Shown: positions 16,372-18,868 of the stretch, in pieces
Layout of the letters: each line of letters starts with the position of its first letter
How positions within the stretch are numbered: position 1 is the first letter of the stretch
Source: Candidatus Firestoneibacteriota bacterium
GTDB lineage: Bacteria > Oederibacteriota > D2-FULL-39-29 > JBBTED01
Assembly: GCA_038042445.1 (NCBI GenBank)
Contig: JBBTED010000148.1
Coordinates: forward strand, 1 to 18,868
Direction of reading: 5' to 3'
Length of the DNA stretch: 18,868 nucleotides
Position numbers and translations under genes: made by a program
Notes under the pieces: generated by a model
Told to the model about the DNA's origin: nothing
Seen by the model: only the letters and a program-made list of their open reading frames with translations
Database searches by the model: none

Positions 16372-17491
16372 TTAAAACCTCACAAACTTCAGAAAAAACC
16401 TCATCAACTGTTATTTCATTGCAACGTTTACCAGCAATAATTCTAATATCACTTTGTAGTTGCCGATTTATCGGCAAACTTATAGCTGATGAATCAGCAA
16501 CTACATTAATTTTGCTAAATGGTGGAGACCACCTTATATAATCACTTTTCCCGAATATCGCAATTACAGGAATATCCATTGCAACTGCTATATGAAATGG
16601 TCCTGTATCTCCACAAATAAATAAATCAAAAGAGTTAAGCAATGAAGCCAATTGCCGTGCATCTGTCCCTGGTGCCAAAACTGCTTTATGGCAATGACTT
16701 GCCACAAGCAAACCATCACCGTTTTTCATTGAAGCTAATGTTTTTTTAGCCAAATCCAACTCCCCAGGCCCCCAGGTAATAATAACCTGCGCATTAAACT
16801 TCTCTATAATTTTATCAGCAAGTGCCGCAAAATTTTCATAGCTCCATCTGTGAACTTTACGTCTTGTGCCAATATTAATACCAATTATTTTCTGGTTTAA
16901 ATTTTTCTTTTTGTTTGATTCAACTGGGTAAACATCCAACTTAATATCATTTGTTTTTATCCCAAATGGCCCAAGTAATTTCAGATTACTTATTGCTTCA
17001 TACTGTGATTCTTTCACTGGCTCCACTTCAAAATCAAAAAAATGTTTACTGAATTTTGATTTATAACCTAATTTTATTTCTGCATTAGATAAACAACATA
17101 ACAATGCGCTTTTTAGATTAAATCCACAAAAAAGGTCTATTGCCAAATCAAATTTTTCTACTTCAAGCGTATTTAAAGATGACAAAATACCGCTGTGCAC
17201 TAAAACTTTATCTACATAAGGATTGCCTTCAATTACATTTTTATTATAAGAACTCGCAAATACAATCAATTTTGAATCAGGATAAACTTTTTTTATAGTA
17301 CGAAAAACAGGGGTTGCAAGCAACATATCTCCAATCCTGTCTATTCTAATTACAAGTATATTTTTAAATTTTTTAGATAAAACATCCGCAGGAATATTTT
17401 TTTTGTCTCGCCGAAAGAATATTCGTATAATAAATATTGCTATTAATGTTAAACTTTGCCACCATAGTTTTCTTAACACAGAAATATGCAT
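16361..17491 (-). CDS. Glycosyltransferase family 9 (ADP-heptose:LPS heptosyltransferase-like)
   Basis: NILVIRIDRIGDMLLATP, NPYVDKV, HRWSYENFAAL, FICGDTGPFHIAVA, AIFG...RWSP. Confidence 0.9.
   Translation of the reverse strand: MHISVLRKLWWQSLTLIAIFIIRIFFRRDKKNIPADVLSKKFKNILVIRIDRIGDMLLATPVFRTIKKVYPDSKLIVFASSYNKNVIEGNPYVDKVLVHSGILSSLNTLEVEKFDLAIDLFCGFNLKSALLCCLSNAEIKLGYKSKFSKHFFDFEVEPVKESQYEAISNLKLLGPFGIKTNDIKLDVYPVESNKKKNLNQKIIGINIGTRRKVHRWSYENFAALADKIIEKFNAQVIITWGPGELDLAKKTLASMKNGDGLLVASHCHKAVLAPGTDARQLASLLNSFDLFICGDTGPFHIAVAMDIPVIAIFGKSDYIRWSPPFSKINVVADSSAISLPINRQLQSDIRIIAGKRCNEITVDEVFSEVCEVLNAK
16455..16505. repeat. GTAG-type REP doublet inserted in frame in the GT9 gene
   Basis: TGTAG-TTGCCGATTTATCGGCAA-ACTTATA-GCTGATGAATCAGC-AACTACA; 51 bp. 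Confidence 0.75.
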
Positions 17492-17502
17492 ATTTATTTT
17501 AT

Positions 17503-17604
17503 TGTCATTCCTGCGAAAGCAGGAATCCAGTTTTTTTGCTTTCTACTGCTTAAAACATGTAAAAATAGACACTGGATTCCCGCTTACTACATGCGGGAAT
17601 GACA
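17503..17604. repeat. TGTC-type inverted REP doublet (dRS3/RPE-like), family C
   Basis: TGTCATTCCTGCGAAAGCAGGAATCCAGT ... ACTGGATTCCCGCTTACTACATGCGGGAATGACA; ATTCC-N-GGAAT palindromes in inverted orientation. Confidence 0.85.
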
Positions 17605-17613
17605 CGATGTCCA

Positions 17614-18868
17614 CTAAGTATTTACGTTCTGCCTACGTATAATTTTTAATAAAACAAAGGCAAAAAATAATCCAATAGTTGTGCCGATCCACAACCCATT
17701 AAATATACGTAAAACAGACAATAAAAAAGGTGTATGAATATGACAAAAAGTATTAATCATTGAAACCTGTCCCAAAACTCCAAGAACAATAAAAAACATA
17801 AATGACACAAGATTAATTAACTTTCCTGATTCATATTTAAAAGAACCAATGTTATATCTTATCATAAGTGTAATTCCTAAAATCATAAATAAATGCCCAA
17901 TTAACTCCTTAGTTCTTGGCCTTGCAATTAATGTGTTCTCCAAAACCATACGAATTTTTTCTTCAAATGCAGGAACCGGCAACACAAAATTTCCAGACCG
18001 TCCAATAAAAACAATTACAACACTTGCCAAAGAAATAACAGCTATACTCAAATACAATAAATGTTTAATTGAAACTTTTGTATCCAAAATAGCATTTAAA
18101 GAACCTTTATTTTTGACAAACAGATTTATACCTACTAACAGAATTGGAATAAGAAGTGCAAATTTTACACCGCTAAATTGTGAAAGCTTCATCATAAAAT
18201 CAGAAGAACTTAAAATACCAGATATCAATAAAGAACCTATTAAAGTAATCGAACATATTTTCAGAAATTTCCTCAGAATTACAGATATTTTTAAATGCTT
18301 AACTGTATTATCATTAATAGATATAACTGCCAAGCAAGGAAATACAATAGCTGCAAGCAATGCCACACTTTTTCTTATTAAACTCAAATGCCCGACAAAA
18401 TACAAAACAATCAAAACAGGAATTAAAAATATCAGAACTTTTAAATCCCCCTTTAATCCCCCTTTGTCAAAGGGGGAAAGAATTTGTAGAACCAAAATCA
18501 TTAATCCTATAATTGCACCAAGTTCTGCTAAAACCAACAATATCCTGCTTGATTCAAACTGCCTAATAGGAGAAGACTTTAAAATTCTAAATCCATTATC
18601 TTCAAGTTTTGCTTTAACATCTTTAATGAGATTGACATTTTCTTCAAAACTTTTGCCCGGCAAAATATGAAAATATAAAATTCTCATATTTCTCTCTTTT
18701 ACAGCACGTATAAAACGTGATGTTATCTGTAAAGGTGTTAAAAGCGCCATTTCATCAAGTCCAATTGAATGTGCAAGAATAGCTTTGGTTTTTAGCAACT
18801 TAAATAGTCTGTCTTTACCTTTTGTTTCAGTAAATTCAACATTGGCAATCAATGTGTCTCTTTTTAAT
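17614..18868 (-). CDS. DUF5693-like integral membrane protein (5' end beyond window)
   Basis: Frame remains open past the TTG at 18852 to the edge (LKRDTL); motifs RAVKERNMR, FSGVK, IGRSGN, ARPRTKELIGH, GQVSMINTFCHIHTP recalled from the DUF5693 family. Confidence 0.75.
   Translation of the reverse strand, partial: LKRDTLIANVEFTETKGKDRLFKLLKTKAILAHSIGLDEMALLTPLQITSRFIRAVKERNMRILYFHILPGKSFEENVNLIKDVKAKLEDNGFRILKSSPIRQFESSRILLVLAELGAIIGLMILVLQILSPFDKGGLKGDLKVLIFLIPVLIVLYFVGHLSLIRKSVALLAAIVFPCLAVISINDNTVKHLKISVILRKFLKICSITLIGSLLISGILSSSDFMMKLSQFSGVKFALLIPILLVGINLFVKNKGSLNAILDTKVSIKHLLYLSIAVISLASVVIVFIGRSGNFVLPVPAFEEKIRMVLENTLIARPRTKELIGHLFMILGITLMIRYNIGSFKYESGKLINLVSFMFFIVLGVLGQVSMINTFCHIHTPFLLSVLRIFNGLWIGTTIGLFFAFVLLKIIRRQNVNT
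18442..18480. repeat. Family A repeat, copy 4, in frame within the membrane protein gene
   Basis: TAAATCCCCCTTTAATCCCCCTTTGTCAAAGGGGGAAAG encodes LSPFDKGGLKGDL between two hydrophobic helices. Confidence 0.8.

Noticed and set aside
17849..18670. 273-aa plus-strand ORF
   Set aside because: Antisense shadow of the hydrophobic DUF5693-like gene; no motifs or RBS

Overview
AT-rich window from a diderm (LPS-making) bacterium. From right to left on the minus strand: a partial DUF5693-like membrane protein, an LPS core/O-antigen cluster (GT9, a GT2-GT9 fusion, GT2, O-antigen ligase family), then GTP-dependent PEP carboxykinase on the plus strand. Divergent from it lies a nitrogen-assimilation island: glutamine-dependent NAD synthetase, an orphan alternative sigma-70 factor, a putative outer-membrane beta-barrel, amt-glnK, amtB-glnK and glnA. 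A fused two-domain DNA methyltransferase, missed by the ORF track, runs off the left edge. The most notable signal is non-coding. A bipartite motif GTTACC-N17-ACTTGTA occurs twice (once within the last codons of the sigma gene, once upstream of amtB), and each copy is followed by ANTAR-type AxxGxx hexaloop hairpins overlapping intrinsic terminators. A related attenuator precedes nadE-sigma. This suggests a candidate cascade in which a dedicated sigma factor and RNA antitermination control ammonium uptake and assimilation (inference; no ANTAR protein gene is in the window). Several families of REP-like palindromic repeats are also present, some inserted in frame in protein-coding genes.
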